NCBI GenBank assembly: GCA_964016885.1
Contig: OZ024748.1
Span: 26,288,001 to 26,352,000 of the forward strand
DNA length: 64,000 nt
Direction of reading: 5' to 3'
Source of the DNA: Eledone cirrhosa
Taxonomy: Eukaryota
Both the position numbers and the translations under genes were made by a program. Shown here piece after piece: positions 30,001 through 45,000 of the stretch. Position 1 is the first letter of the stretch; each line of letters starts with the position of its first letter. Under the pieces are notes generated by a model, which saw nothing but the letters and a program-made list of their open reading frames with translations, had not been told where the DNA came from and ran no database searches.

Positions 30001-33000
30001 CATAAATCTACTTCTGAACTGCCTCATATAACAGACATTGAAACAAGTACAATGGAAAGAACAACACAAATTACAGATATTGAAACTGAACGCACAACTC
30101 AGACAGAAATTACACCACAACTAACAACATCTCCTGAAGAAACAACTTTGTCTACTCAGGTAGAGGACATCGAAAAGGTGCCACCAACACAAGTTGCTAG
30201 TACAATGCATACATCACCTGAAACGACAGTTGTTTCATCTCCAGAACACACCTCTATAACACCTACAGATGAACTTAGTAGTATTGAATATACAACTGTG
30301 ACATCAACTGAAACACCACTACCTATAAAGACACCTACAAGCACAGCTGAAAAGATCACTGAAACTATAACAGACACAACAGCAACAACATCACAGCTTC
30401 CTTCAACAAGTGAAATCCATATAGAAACTCCTAAATCTACTTCTGAACTGCCTCATATAACTGACATTGAAACAAGTACAGTGGAAAGAACAACACAAGT
30501 TACAGATATTGAAACTGAGCGCACAACTCGGACAGAAATTACATCACAACAAACAACATCTCCTGAAGAAACAACACTGTCTACTCAGGTAGAGGACATC
30601 GTAAAGGTGACACCAACACAAGTTGCTAGCACAATGCATACATCACCTGAAACAACAGTTGTTTCATCTCCAGAACACACCTCTATAACACCTACACATG
30701 AACTTACTAGTATTGAATATAGAACTGAGACATCAACTGAAAAATCACTACCTACGATAACACCTACAAGCACAGCTGAAAAGATCACTGAAACTAGAAC
30801 ATACACAACACCAACAACATCACAGCTTCCTTCAACAAGTGAAATCCATATAGAAACTCCTAAATCTACTTCTGAACTGCCTCATATAACAGACATTGAA
30901 ACAAGTACAATGGAAAGAACAATACAAATTACAGATCTTGAAACTGAACGCACAACTCAGACAGAAATTACACCACAACTAACAACATCTCCTGAAGAAA
31001 CAACTCTGTCTACTCAGGTAGAGGACATCGAAAAGGTGACACCAACACAAGTTGCTAGCACAATGCATACATCACCTGAAACAAAAGTTGTTTCATCTGA
31101 ACACACCTCTATAACACCTACAGATGAACTTACTAGTATTGAATATAGAACTGAGACATCAACTGAAAAATCACTACCTACGATAACACCTACAAGCACA
31201 GCAGAAAAGATCACTGAAACTAGAACAGACACAACACCAACAACATCACAGCTTCCTTCAACAAGTGAAATCCATATAGAAACTCCTAAATCTACTTCTG
31301 AACTGCCTCATATAACTGACATTGAAACAAGTACAGTGGAAAGAACAACACAAGTTACAGATATTGAAACTGAGCGCACAACTCAGACAGAAATTACACC
31401 ACAACAAACAACATCTCCTGAAGAAACAACACTGTCTACTCAGGTAGAGGACATCGTAAAGGTGACACCAACACAAGTTGCTAGCACAATGCATACATCA
31501 CCTGAAACAACAGTTGTTTCATCTCCAGAACACACCTCTATAACACCTACAGATGAACTTACTAGTATTGAATATACAACTGAGACATCAACTGAAAAAC
31601 CACTACCTATAAATACACCTACGAGCACAGCTGAAAAGATCACTGAAACTAGAACAGACACAACAGCAACAACATCACAGCTTCGTTCAACAAGTGAAAT
31701 CCATATAGAAACTCCTAAATCTACTTCTGAACTGCCTCATATAACTGACATTGAAACAAGTACAGTGGAAAGAACAACACAAATTACAGATATTGAAATT
31801 GAACGCACAACTCAGACAGAAATTACACCACAACTAACAACATCTCCTGAAGAAACAACTCTGTCTACTCAGGTAGAGGACATCGAAAATGTGACACCAA
31901 CACAAGTTGCTAGCACAATGCATATATCACCTGAAACGACAGTTGTTTCATCTCCAGAACTCACCTCCATAACACCTACAGATGAACTTACTAGTATTGA
32001 ATATACAACTGCGACATCAACTGAAAAACCACTACCTATAAAGACACCTACAAGCACAGCTGAAAAGATCACTGAAACTATAACAGACACAACAGCAACA
32101 ACATCACAGCTTCCTTCAACAAGTGAAATCCATATAGAAACTCCTAAATCTACTTCTGAACTGCCTCATATAACTGACATTGAAACAAGTACAATGGAAA
32201 GAACAACACAAATTACAGATATTGAAACTGAACGCACAACTCAGACAGAAATTACACCACAACTAACAACATCTCCTGAAGAAACAACTCTGTCTACTCA
32301 GGTAGAGGACATCGAAAAGGTGACACCAACACAAGTTGCTAGCACAATGCATACATCACCTGAAACAAAAGTTGTTTCATCTCCTGAACACACCTCTATA
32401 ACACTTACAGATGAACTTACTAGTATTGAATATAGAACTGAGACATCAACTGAAAAATCACTACCTACGATAACACCTACAAGCACAGCAGAAAAGATCA
32501 CTGAAACTAGAACAGACACAACACCAACAACATCATCGCTTCCTTCAACAAGTGAAATCCATATAGAAACTCCTAAATCTACTTCTGAACTGCCTCATAT
32601 AACTGACATTGAAACAAGTACAGTGGAAAGAACAACACAAATTACAGATATTGAAACTGAACGCACAACTCAGACAGAAATTACACCACAACTAACAACA
32701 TCTCCTGAAGAAACAACTCTGTCTACTCAGGTAGAGGACATCGAAAGGGTGACACCAACACAAGTTGCTAGCACAATGCATACATCACCTGAAACAACAG
32801 TTGTTTCATCTCCAGAATACACCTCTATAACACCTACAGATGAACTTACTAGTATTGAATATACAACTGAGACATCAACTGAAAAACCACTACCTATAAA
32901 GACACCTACAAGCACAGCTGAAAAGATCACTGAAACTATAACAGACACAACAGCAACAACAACACAGCTTCCTTCAACAAGTGAAATCCATATAGAAACT

Positions 33001-36000
33001 CCTAAATCTACTTCTGAACTGCCTCATATAACTGACATTGAAACAAGTACAGTGGAAAGAACAACACAAGTTACAGATATTGAAACTGAGCGCACAACTC
33101 AGACAGAAATTACACCACAACAAACAACATCTCCTGAAGAAACAACACTGTCTACTCAGGTAGAGGACATCGTAAAGGTGACACCAACACAAGTTGCTAG
33201 CACAATGCATACATCACCTGAAACAACAGTTGTTTCATCTGAACACACCTCTATAACACCTACAGATGAACTTACTAGTATTGAATATAGAACTGAGACA
33301 TCAACTGAAAAATCACTACCTACGATAACACCTACAAGCACAGCAGAAAAGATCACTGAAACTAGAACAGACACAACACCAACAACATCACAGCTTCCTT
33401 CAACAAGTGAAATCCATATAGAAACTCCTAAATCTACTTCTGAACTGCCTCATATAACTGACATTGAAACAAGTACAGTGGAAAGAACAACACAAGTTAC
33501 AGATATTGAAACTGAGCGCACAACTCAGACAGAAATTACACCACAACAAACAACATCTCCTGAAGAAACAACACTGTCTACTCAGGTAGAGGACATCGTA
33601 AAGGTGACACCAACACAAGTTGCTAGCACAATGCATACATCACCTGAAACAACAGTTGTTTCATCTCCAGAACACACCTCTATAACACCTACAGATGAAC
33701 TTACTAGTATTGAATATACAACTGAGACATCAACTGAAAAACCACTACCTATAAAGACACCTACAAGCACAGCTGAAAAGATCACTGAAACTAGAACAGA
33801 CACAACAGCAACAACATCACAGCTTCCTTCAACAAGTGAAATCCATATAGAAACTCCTAAATCTACTTCTGAACTGCCTCATATAACTGACATTGAAACA
33901 AGTACAATGGAAAGAACAACACAAATTACAGATATTGAAACTGAACGAACAACTCAGACAGAAATTACACCACAACTAACAACATCTCCTGAAGAAACAA
34001 CTCTGTCTACTCGGGTAGAGGACATTGAAAAGGTGACACCAACACAAGTTGCTAGCACAATGCATACATCACCTGAAACAACAGTTGTTTCGTCTCGAGA
34101 ACACACCTCTATAACACCTACACATGAACTTACTAGTATTGAATATACAACTGAGACATCAACTGAAAAACCACTACCTATAAAGACACCTACAAGCACA
34201 GCTGAAAAGATCACTGAAACTAGAACAGACACAACAGCAACAACATCACAGCTTCCTTCAACAAGTGAAATCCATATAGAAACTCCTAAATCTACTTCTG
34301 AACTGCCTCATATAACTGACATTGAAACAAGTATAGTGGAAAGAACAACACAAATTACAGATATTGAAACTGAACGCACAACTCAGACAGAACTTACACC
34401 ACAACTAACAACATCTCCTGAAGAAACAACTCTGTCTACTCAGGTAGAGGACATTGAAAAGGTGACACCAACACAAGTTGCTAGCACAATGCATATATCA
34501 CCTGAAACAACAGTTGTTTCATCTCCAGAACACACCTCTATAACACCTACAGATGAACTTACTAGTATTGAATATACAACTGAGACATCAACTGAAAAAT
34601 CACTACCTACGATAACACCTACAAGCACAGCTGAAAATATCACTGAAACTATAACAGACACAACAGCAACAACATCACAGCTTCCTTCAACAAGTGAAAT
34701 CCATATAGAAACTCCTAAATCTACTTCTGAACTGCCTCATATAACTGACATTGAAACAAGTACAGTGGAAAGAACAACACAAGTTACAGATATTGAAACT
34801 GAACGCACAACTCAGACAGAAATTACACCACAACTAACAACATCTCCTGAAGAAACAACTCTGTCTACTCAGGTAGAGGACATCGAAAAGGTGACACCAA
34901 CACAAGTTGCTAGCACAATGCATACATCACCTGAAACAAAAGTTGTTTCATCTGAACACACCTCTATAACACCTACAGATGAACTTACTAGTATTGAATA
35001 TAGAACTGAGACATCAACTGAAAAATCACTACCTACGATAACACCTACAAGCACAGCAGAAAAGATCACTGAAACTAGAACAGACACAACACCAACAACA
35101 TCACAGCTTCCTTCAACAAGTGAAATCCATATAGAAACTCCTAAATCTACTTCTGAACTGCCTCATATAACTGACATTGAAACAAGTACAGTGGAAAGAA
35201 CAAGACAAGTTACAGATATTGAAACTGAGCGCACAACTCAGACAGAAATTACACCACAACAAACAACATCTCCTGAAGAAACAACACTGTCTACTCAGGT
35301 AGAGGACATCGTAAAGGTGACACCAACACAAGTTGCTAGCACAATGCATACATCACCTGAAACAACAGTTGTTTCATCTCCAGAACACACCTCTATAACA
35401 CCTACAGATGAACTAACCAGTATTGAATATACAACTGAGACATCAACTGAAAAACCACTACCTATAAAGACACCTACAAGCACAGCTGAAAAGATCACTG
35501 AAACTAGAACAGACACAACAGCAACAACTTCACAGCTTCCTTCAACAAGTGAAATCCATATAGAAACTCCTAAATCTACTTCTGAACTGCCTCATATAAC
35601 TGACATTGAAACAAGTACAGTGGAAAGAACAACACAAATTACAGATATTGAAATTGAACGCACAACTCAGACGGAAATTACACCACAACTAACAACATCT
35701 CCTGAAGAAACAACTCTGTCTACTCAGGTAGAGGACATCGAAAAGGTGACACCAACACAAGTTGCTAGCACAATGCATATATCACCTGAAACGACAGTTG
35801 TTTCATCTCCAGAACTCACCTCCATAACACCTACAGATGAACTTACTAGTATTGAATATACAACTGCGACATCAACTGAAAAACCACTACCTATAAAGAC
35901 ACCTACAAGCACAGCTGAAAAGATCACTGAAACTATAACAGACACAACAGCAACAACATCACAGCTTCCTTCAACAAGTGAAATCCATATAGAAACTCAT

Positions 36001-39000
36001 AAATCTACTTCTGAACTGCCTCATATAACAGACATTGAAACAAGTACAATGGAAAGAACAACACAAATTACAGATATTGAAACTGAACGCACAACTCAGA
36101 CAGAAATTACACCACAACTAACAACATCTCCTGAAGAAACAACTCTGTCTACTCAGGTAGAGGACATCGAAAAGGTGACACCAACACAAGTTGCTAGCAC
36201 AATGCATACATCACCTGAAACAAAAGTTGTTTCATCTGAACACACCTCTATAACACCTACAGATGAACTTACTAGTATTGAATATAGAACTGAGACATCA
36301 ACTGAAAAATCACTACCTACGATAACACCTACAAGCACAGCAGAAAAGATCACTGAAACTAGAACAGACACAACACCAACAACATCACAGCTTCCTTCAA
36401 CAAGTGAAATCCATATAGAAACTCCTAAATCTACTTCTGAACTGCCTCATATAACTGACATTGAAACAAGTACAGTGGAAAGAACAACACAAGTTACAGA
36501 TATTGAAACTGAGCGCACAACTCAGACAGAAATTACACCACAACAAACAACATCTCCTGAAGAAACAACACTGTCTACTCAGGTAGAGGACATCGTAAAG
36601 GTGACACCAACACAAGTTGCTAGCACAATGCATACATCACCTGAAACAAAAGTTGTTTCATCTCGAGAACACACCTCTATAACACCTACAGATGAACTTA
36701 CTAGTATTGAATATACAACTGAGACATCAACTGAAAAACCACTACCTATAAAGACACCTACAAGCACAGCAGAAAAGATCACTGAAACTAGAACAGACAC
36801 AACAGCAACAACATCACAGCTTCCTTCAACAAGTGAAATCCATATAGAAATTCCTAAATCTACTTCTGAACTGCCTCATATAACTGACATTGAAACTAGT
36901 ACAGTGGAAAGAACAACACAAATTACAGATATTGAAACTGAACGCACAACTCAGACAGAAATTACACCACAACTAACAACATCTCCTGAAGAAACAACTC
37001 TGTCTACTCAGGTAGAGGACATCGAAAAGGTGACACCAACACAAGTTGCTAGCACAATGCATATATCACCTGAAACGACAGTTGTTTCATCTCCAGAACT
37101 CACCTCCATAACACCTACAGATGAACTTACTAGTATTGAATATACAACTGCGACATCAACTGAAAAACCACTACCTAGAAAGACACCTACAAGCACAGCT
37201 GAAAAGATCACTGAAACTATAACAGACACAACAGCAACAACATCGCAGCTTCCTTCAACAAGTGAAATCCATATAGAAACTCATAAATCTACTTCTGAAC
37301 TGCCTCATATAACAGACATTGAAACAAGTACAATGGAAAGAACAACACAAATTACAGATATTGAAACTGAACGCACAACTCAGACAGAAATTACACCACA
37401 ACTAACAACATCTCCTGAAGAAACAACTCTGTCTACTCAGGTAGAGGACATCGAAAAGGTGACACCAACACAAGTTGCTAGCACAATGCATACATCACCT
37501 GAAACAACAGTTGTTTCATCTCCAGAACACACCTCTATAACACCTACAGATGAACTTACTAGTATTGTATATACAACTGAGACATCAACTGAAAAACCAC
37601 TACCTATAAAGACACCTACAAGCACAGCAGAAAAGATCACTGAAACTAGAACAGACACAACAGCAACAACATCACAGCTTCCTTCAACAAGTGAAATCCA
37701 TATAGAAACTCCTAAATCTACTTCTGAACTGCCTCATATAACTGACATTGAATCAAGTACAGTGGAAAGAACAACACAAATTACAGATATTGAAACTGAA
37801 CGCACAACTCAGACAGAAATTACACCACAACTAACAACATCTCCTGAAGAAACAACTCTGTCTACTCAGGTAGAGGACATTGAAAAGGTGACACCAACAC
37901 AAGTTGCTAGCACAATGCATACATCACCTGAAACGACAGATGTTTCATCTCCAGAACACACCTCTATAACACCTACAGATGAACTTACTAGTATTGAATA
38001 TACAACTGAGACATCAACTGAAAAACCACTACCTATCAAGACACCTACAAGCACAGCAGAAAAGATCACTGAAACTATAACAGACACAGCAGCAACAACA
38101 TCACAGCTTCCTTCAACAAGTGAAATCCATATAGAAACTCCTAAATCTACTTCTGAACTGCCTCATATAACAGACATTGAAACAAGTACAATGGAAAGAA
38201 CAACACAAATTACAGATATTGAAACTGAACGCACAACTCAGACAGAAATTACACCACAACTAACAACATCTCCTGAAGAAACAACTCTGTCTACTCAGAT
38301 AGAGGACATCAAAAAGGTGACACCAACACAAGTTGCTAGCACAATGCATACATCACCTGAAACAACAGTTGTTTCATCTCCAGAACACACCTCTATAACA
38401 CCTACAGATGAACTTACTAGTATTGTATATACAACTGAGACATCAACTGAAAAACCACTACCTATAAAGACACCTACAAGCACAGCAGAAAAGATCACTG
38501 AAACTAGAACAGACACAACAGCAACAACATCACAGCTTCCTTCAACAAGTGAAATCCATATAGAAACTCCTAAATCTACTTCTGAACTGCCTCATATAAC
38601 TGACATTGAAACAAGTACAGTGGAAAGAACAACACAAATTACAGATATTGAAACTGAACGCACAACTCAGACAGAAATTACAACACAACTAACAACATCT
38701 CCTGAAGAAACAACTCTGTCTACTCAGGTAGAGGACATTGAAAAGGTGACACCAACACAAGTTGCTAGCACAATGCATACATCACCTGAAACGACAGATG
38801 TTTCATCTCCAGAACACACCTCTATAACACCTACAGATGAACTTACTAGTATTGAATATACAACTGAGACATCAACTGAAAAACCACTACCTATCAAGAC
38901 ACCTACAAGCACAGCAGAAAAGATCACTGAAACTATAACAGACACAGCAGCAACAACATCACAGCTTCCTTCAACAAGTGAAATCCATATAGAAACTCCT

Positions 39001-42000
39001 AAATCTACTTCTGAACTGCCTCATATAACAGACATTGAAACAAGTACAATGGAAAGAACAACACAAATTACAGATCTTGAAACTGAACGCACAACTCAGA
39101 CAGAAATTACACCACAACTTACAACATCTCCTGAAGAAACAACTCTGTCTACTCGGGTAGAGGACATCGAAAAGGTGACACCAACACAAGTTGCTAGCAC
39201 AATGCATACATCACCTGAAACGACAGTTGTTTCATCTCCAGAACACACCTCTATAACACCTACAGATGAACCTACTAGTATTGAATATACAACTGAGACA
39301 TCAACTGAAAAACCACTACCTATCAAGACACCTACAAGCACAGCAGAAAAGATCACTGAAACTATAACAGACACAGCAGCAACAACATCACAGCTTGCTT
39401 CAACAAGTGAAATCCATATAGAAACTCCTAAATCTACTTCTGAACTGCCTCATATAACAGACATTGAAACAAGTACAATGGAAAGAACAACACAAATTAC
39501 AGATATTGAAACTGAACGCACAACTCAGACAGAAATTACACCACAACTAACAACATCTCCTGAAGAAACAACTCTGTCTACTCAGGTAGAGGACATCGAA
39601 AAGGTGACACCAACACAAGTTGCTAGCACAATGCATACATCACCTGAAACAACAGTTGTTTCATCTCCAGAACACACCTCTATAACACCTACAGATGAAC
39701 TTACTAGTATTGAATATACAACTGAGACATCAACTGAAAAACCACTACCTATAAAGACACCTACAAGCACAGCTGAAAAGATCACTGAAACAAAAACAGA
39801 CACAACAGCAACAACATCACAGCTTCCTTCAACAAGTGAAATCCATATAGAAACTCATAAATCTACTTCTGAACTGCCTCATATAACTGACATTGAAACA
39901 AGTACAGTGGAAAGAACAACACAAATTACAGATATTGAAACTGAACGCACAACTCAGACAGAAATTACACCACAACTAACAACATCTCCTGAAGAAACAA
40001 CTCTGTCTACTCAGGTAGAGGACATCGAAAAGGTGACACCAACACAAGTTGCTAGCACAATGCATACATCACCTGAAACAACAGTTGTTTCATCTCCAGA
40101 ACACACCTCTATAACACCTACAGATGAACTTACTAGTATTGAATATACAACTGAGACATCAACTGAAAAACTACTACCTAGAAAGACACCTACAAGCACA
40201 GCTGAAAAGATCACTGAAACTATAACAGACACAACAGCAACAACATCGCAGCTTCCTTCAACAAGTGAAATCCATATAGAAACTCATAAATCTACTTCTG
40301 AACTGCCTCATATAACAGACATTGAAACAAGTACAATGGAAAGAACAACACAAATTACAGATATTGAAACTGAACGCACAACTCAGACAGAAATTACACC
40401 ACAACTAACAACATCTCCTGAAGAAACAACTCTGTCTACTCAGGTAGAGGACATCGAAAAGGTGACACCAACACAAGTTGCTAGCACAATGCATATATCA
40501 CCTGAAACGACAGTTGTTTCATCTCCAGAACTCACCTCCATAACACCTACAGATGAACTTACTAGTATTGAATATACAACTGCGACATCAACTGAAAAAC
40601 CACTACCTAGAAAGACACCTACAAGCACAGCTGAAAAGATCACTGAAACTATAACAGACACAACAGCAACAACATCGCAGCTTCCTTCAACAAGTGAAAT
40701 CCATATAGAAACTCATAAATCTACTTCTGAACTGCCTCATATAACAGACATTGAAACAAGTACAATGGAAAGAACAACACAAATTACAGATATTGAAACT
40801 GAACGCACAACTCAGACAGAAATTACACCACAACTAACAACATCTCCTGAAGAAACAACTCTGTCTACTCAGGTAGAGGACATCGAAAAGGTGACACCAA
40901 CACAAGTTGCTAGCACAATGCATACATCACCTGAAACAACAGTTGTTTCATCTCCAGAACACACCTCTATAACACCTACAGATGAACTTACTAGTATTGT
41001 ATATACAACTGAGACATCAACTGAAAAACCACTACCTATAAAGACACCTACAAGCACAGCAGAAAAGATCACTGAAACTAGAACAGACACAACAGCAACA
41101 ACATCACAGCTTCCTTCAACAAGTGAAATCCATATAGAAACTCCTAAATCTACTTCTGAACTGCCTCATATAACTGACATTGAATCAAGTACAGTGGAAA
41201 GAACAACACAAATTACAGATATTGAAACTGAACGCACAACTCAGACAGAAATTACACCACAACTAACAACATCTCCTGAAGAAACAACTCTGTCTACTCA
41301 GGTAGAGGACATTGAAAAGGTGACACCAACACAAGTTGCTAGCACAATGCATACATCACCTGAAACGACAGATGTTTCATCTCCAGAACACACCTCTATA
41401 ACACCTACAGATGAACTTACTAGTATTGAATATACAACTGAGACATCAACTGAAAAACCACTACCTATCAAGACACCTACAAGCACAGCAGAAAAGATCA
41501 CTGAAACTATAACAGACACAGCAGCAACAACATCACAGCTTCCTTCAACAAGTGAAATCCATATAGAAACTCCTAAATCTACTTCTGAACTGCCTCATAT
41601 AACAGACATTGAAACAAGTACAATGGAAAGAATAACACAAATTACAGATCTTGAAACTGAACGCACAATTCAGACAGAAATTACACCACAACTAACAACA
41701 TCTCCTGAAGAAACAACTCTGTCTACTCAGGTAGAGGACATCGAAATGGTGACACCAACACAAGTTGCTAGCACAATGCATACATCACCTGAAACAACAG
41801 TTGTTTCATCTCCCGAAAACACCTCTATAACACCTACACATGAACTTACTAGTATTGAATATACAACTGAGACATCAACTGAAAAACCACTACCTATAAA
41901 GACACCTACAAGCACAGCTGAAAAGATCACTGAAACTAGAACAGACACAACAGCAACAACATCACAGCTTCCTTCAACAAGTGAAATCCATATAGAAACT

Positions 42001-45000
42001 CCTAAATCTACTTCTGAACTGCCTCATATAACTGACATTGAAACAAGTATAGTGGAAAGAACAACACAAATTACAGATATTGAAACTGAACGCACAACTC
42101 AGACAGAACTTACACCACAACTAACAACATCTCCTGAAGAAACAACTCTGTCTACTCAGGTAGAGGACATTGAAAAGGTGACACCAACACAAGTTGCTAG
42201 CACAATGCATATATCACCTGAAACAACAGTTGTTTCATCTCCAGAACACACCTCTATAACACCTACAGATGAACTTACTAGTATTGAATATACAACTGAG
42301 ACATCAACTGAAAAATCACTACCTACGATAACACCTACAAGCACAGCTGAAAAGATCACTGAAACTATAACAGACACAACAGCAACAACATCACAGCTTC
42401 CTTCAACAAGTGAAATCCATATAGAAACTCCTAAATCTACTTCTGAACTGCCTCATATAACTGACATTGAAACAAGTACAGTGGAAAGAACAACACAAGT
42501 TACAGATATTGAAACTGAACGCACAACTCAGACAGAAATTACACCACAACTAACAACATCTCCTGAAGAAACAACTCTGTCTACTCAGGTAGAGGACATC
42601 GAAAAGGTGACACCAACACAAGTTGCTAGCACAATGCATACATCACCTGAAACAAAAGTTGTTTCATCTGAACACACCTCTATAACACCTACAGATGAAC
42701 TTACTAGTATTGAATATAGAACTGAGACATCAACTGAAAAATCACTACCTACGATAACACCTACAAGCACAGCAGAAAAGATCACTGAAACTAGAACAGA
42801 CACAACACCAACAACATCACAGCTTCCTTCAACAAGTGAAATCCATATAGAAACTCCTAAATCTACTTCTGAACTGCCTCATATAACTGACATTGAAACA
42901 AGTACAGTGGAAAGAACAACACAAGTTACAGATATTGAAACTGAGCGCACAACTCAGAGAGAAATTACACCACAACAAACAACATCTCCTGAAGAAACAA
43001 CACTGTCTACTCAGGTAGAGGACATCGTAAAGGTGACACCAACACAAGTTGCTAGCACAATGCATACATCACCTGAAACAACAGTTGTTTCATCTCCAGA
43101 ACACACCTCTATAACACCTACAGATGAACTAACCAGTATTGAATATACAACTGAGACATCAACTGAAAAACCACTACCTATAAAGACACCTACAAGCACA
43201 GCTGAAAAGATCACTGAAACTAGAACAGACACAACAGCAACAACTTCACAGCTTCCTTCAACAAGTGAAATCCATATAGAAACTCCTAAATCTACTTCTG
43301 AACTGCCTCATATAACTGACATTGAAACAAGTACAGTGGAAAGAACAACACAAATTACAGATATTGAAATTGAACGCACAACTCAGACGGAAATTACACC
43401 ACAACTAACAACATCTCCTGAAGAAACAACTCTGTCTACTCAGGTAGAGGACATCGAAAAGGTGACACCAACACAAGTTGCTAGCACAATGCATATATCA
43501 CCTGAAACGACAGTTGTTTCATCTCCAGAACTCACCTCCATAACACCTACAGATGAACTTACTAGTATTGAATATACAACTGCGACATCAACTGAAAAAC
43601 CACTACCTATAAAGACACCTACAAGCACAGCTGAAAAGATCACTGAAACTATAACAGACACAACAGCAACAACATCACAGCTTCCTTCAACAAGTGAAAT
43701 CCATATAGAAACTCATAAATCTACTTCTGAACTGCCTCATATAACAGACATTGAAACAAGTACAATGGAAAGAACAACACAAATTACAGATATTGAAACT
43801 GAACGCACAACTCAGACAGAAATTACACCACAACTAACAACATCTCCTGAAGAAACAACTCTGTCTACTCAGGTAGAGGACATCGAAAAGGTGACACCAA
43901 CACAAGTTGCTAGCACAATGCATACATCACCTGAAACAAAAGTTGTTTCATCTGAACACACCTCTATAACACCTACAGATGAACTTACTAGTATTGAATA
44001 TAGAACTGAGACATCAACTGAAAAATCACTACCTACGATAACACCTACAAGCACAGCAGAAAAGATCACTGAAACTAGAACAGACACAACACCAACAACA
44101 TCACAGCTTCCTTCAACAAGTGAAATCCATATAGAAACTCCTAAATCTACTTCTGAACTGCCTCATATAACTGACATTGAAACAAGTACAGTGGAAAGAA
44201 CAACACAAGTTACAGATATTGAAACTGAGCGCACAACTCAGACAGAAATTACACCACAACAAACAACATCTCCTGAAGAAACAACACTGTCTACTCAGGT
44301 AGAGGACATCGTAAAGGTGACACCAACACAAGTTGCTAGCACAATGCATACATCACCTGAAACAAAAGTTGTTTCATCTCGAGAACACACCTCTATAACA
44401 CCTACAGATGAACTTACTAGTATTGAATATACAACTGAGACATCAACTGAAAAACCACTACCTATAAAGACACCTACAAGCACAGCAGAAAAGATCACTG
44501 AAACTAGAACAGACACAACAGCAACAACATCACAGCTTCCTTCAACAAGTGAAATCCATATAGAAACTCCTAAATCTACTTCTGAACTGCCTCATATAAC
44601 TGACATTGAAACTAGTACAGTGGAAAGAACAACACAAATTACAGATATTGAAACTGAACGCACAACTCAGACAGAAATTACACCACAACTAACAACATCT
44701 CCTGAAGAAACAACTCTGTCTACTCAGGTAGAGGACATCGAAAAGGTGACACCAACACAAGTTGCTAGCACAATGCATATATCACCTGAAACGACAGTTG
44801 TTTCATCTCCAGAACTCACCTCCATAACACCTACAGATGAACTTACTAGTATTGAATATACAACTGCGACATCAACTGAAAAACCACTACCTAGAAAGAC
44901 ACCTACAAGCACAGCTGAAAAGATCACTGAAACTATAACAGACACAACAGCAACAACATCGCAGCTTCCTTCAACAAGTGAAATCCATATAGAAACTCAT

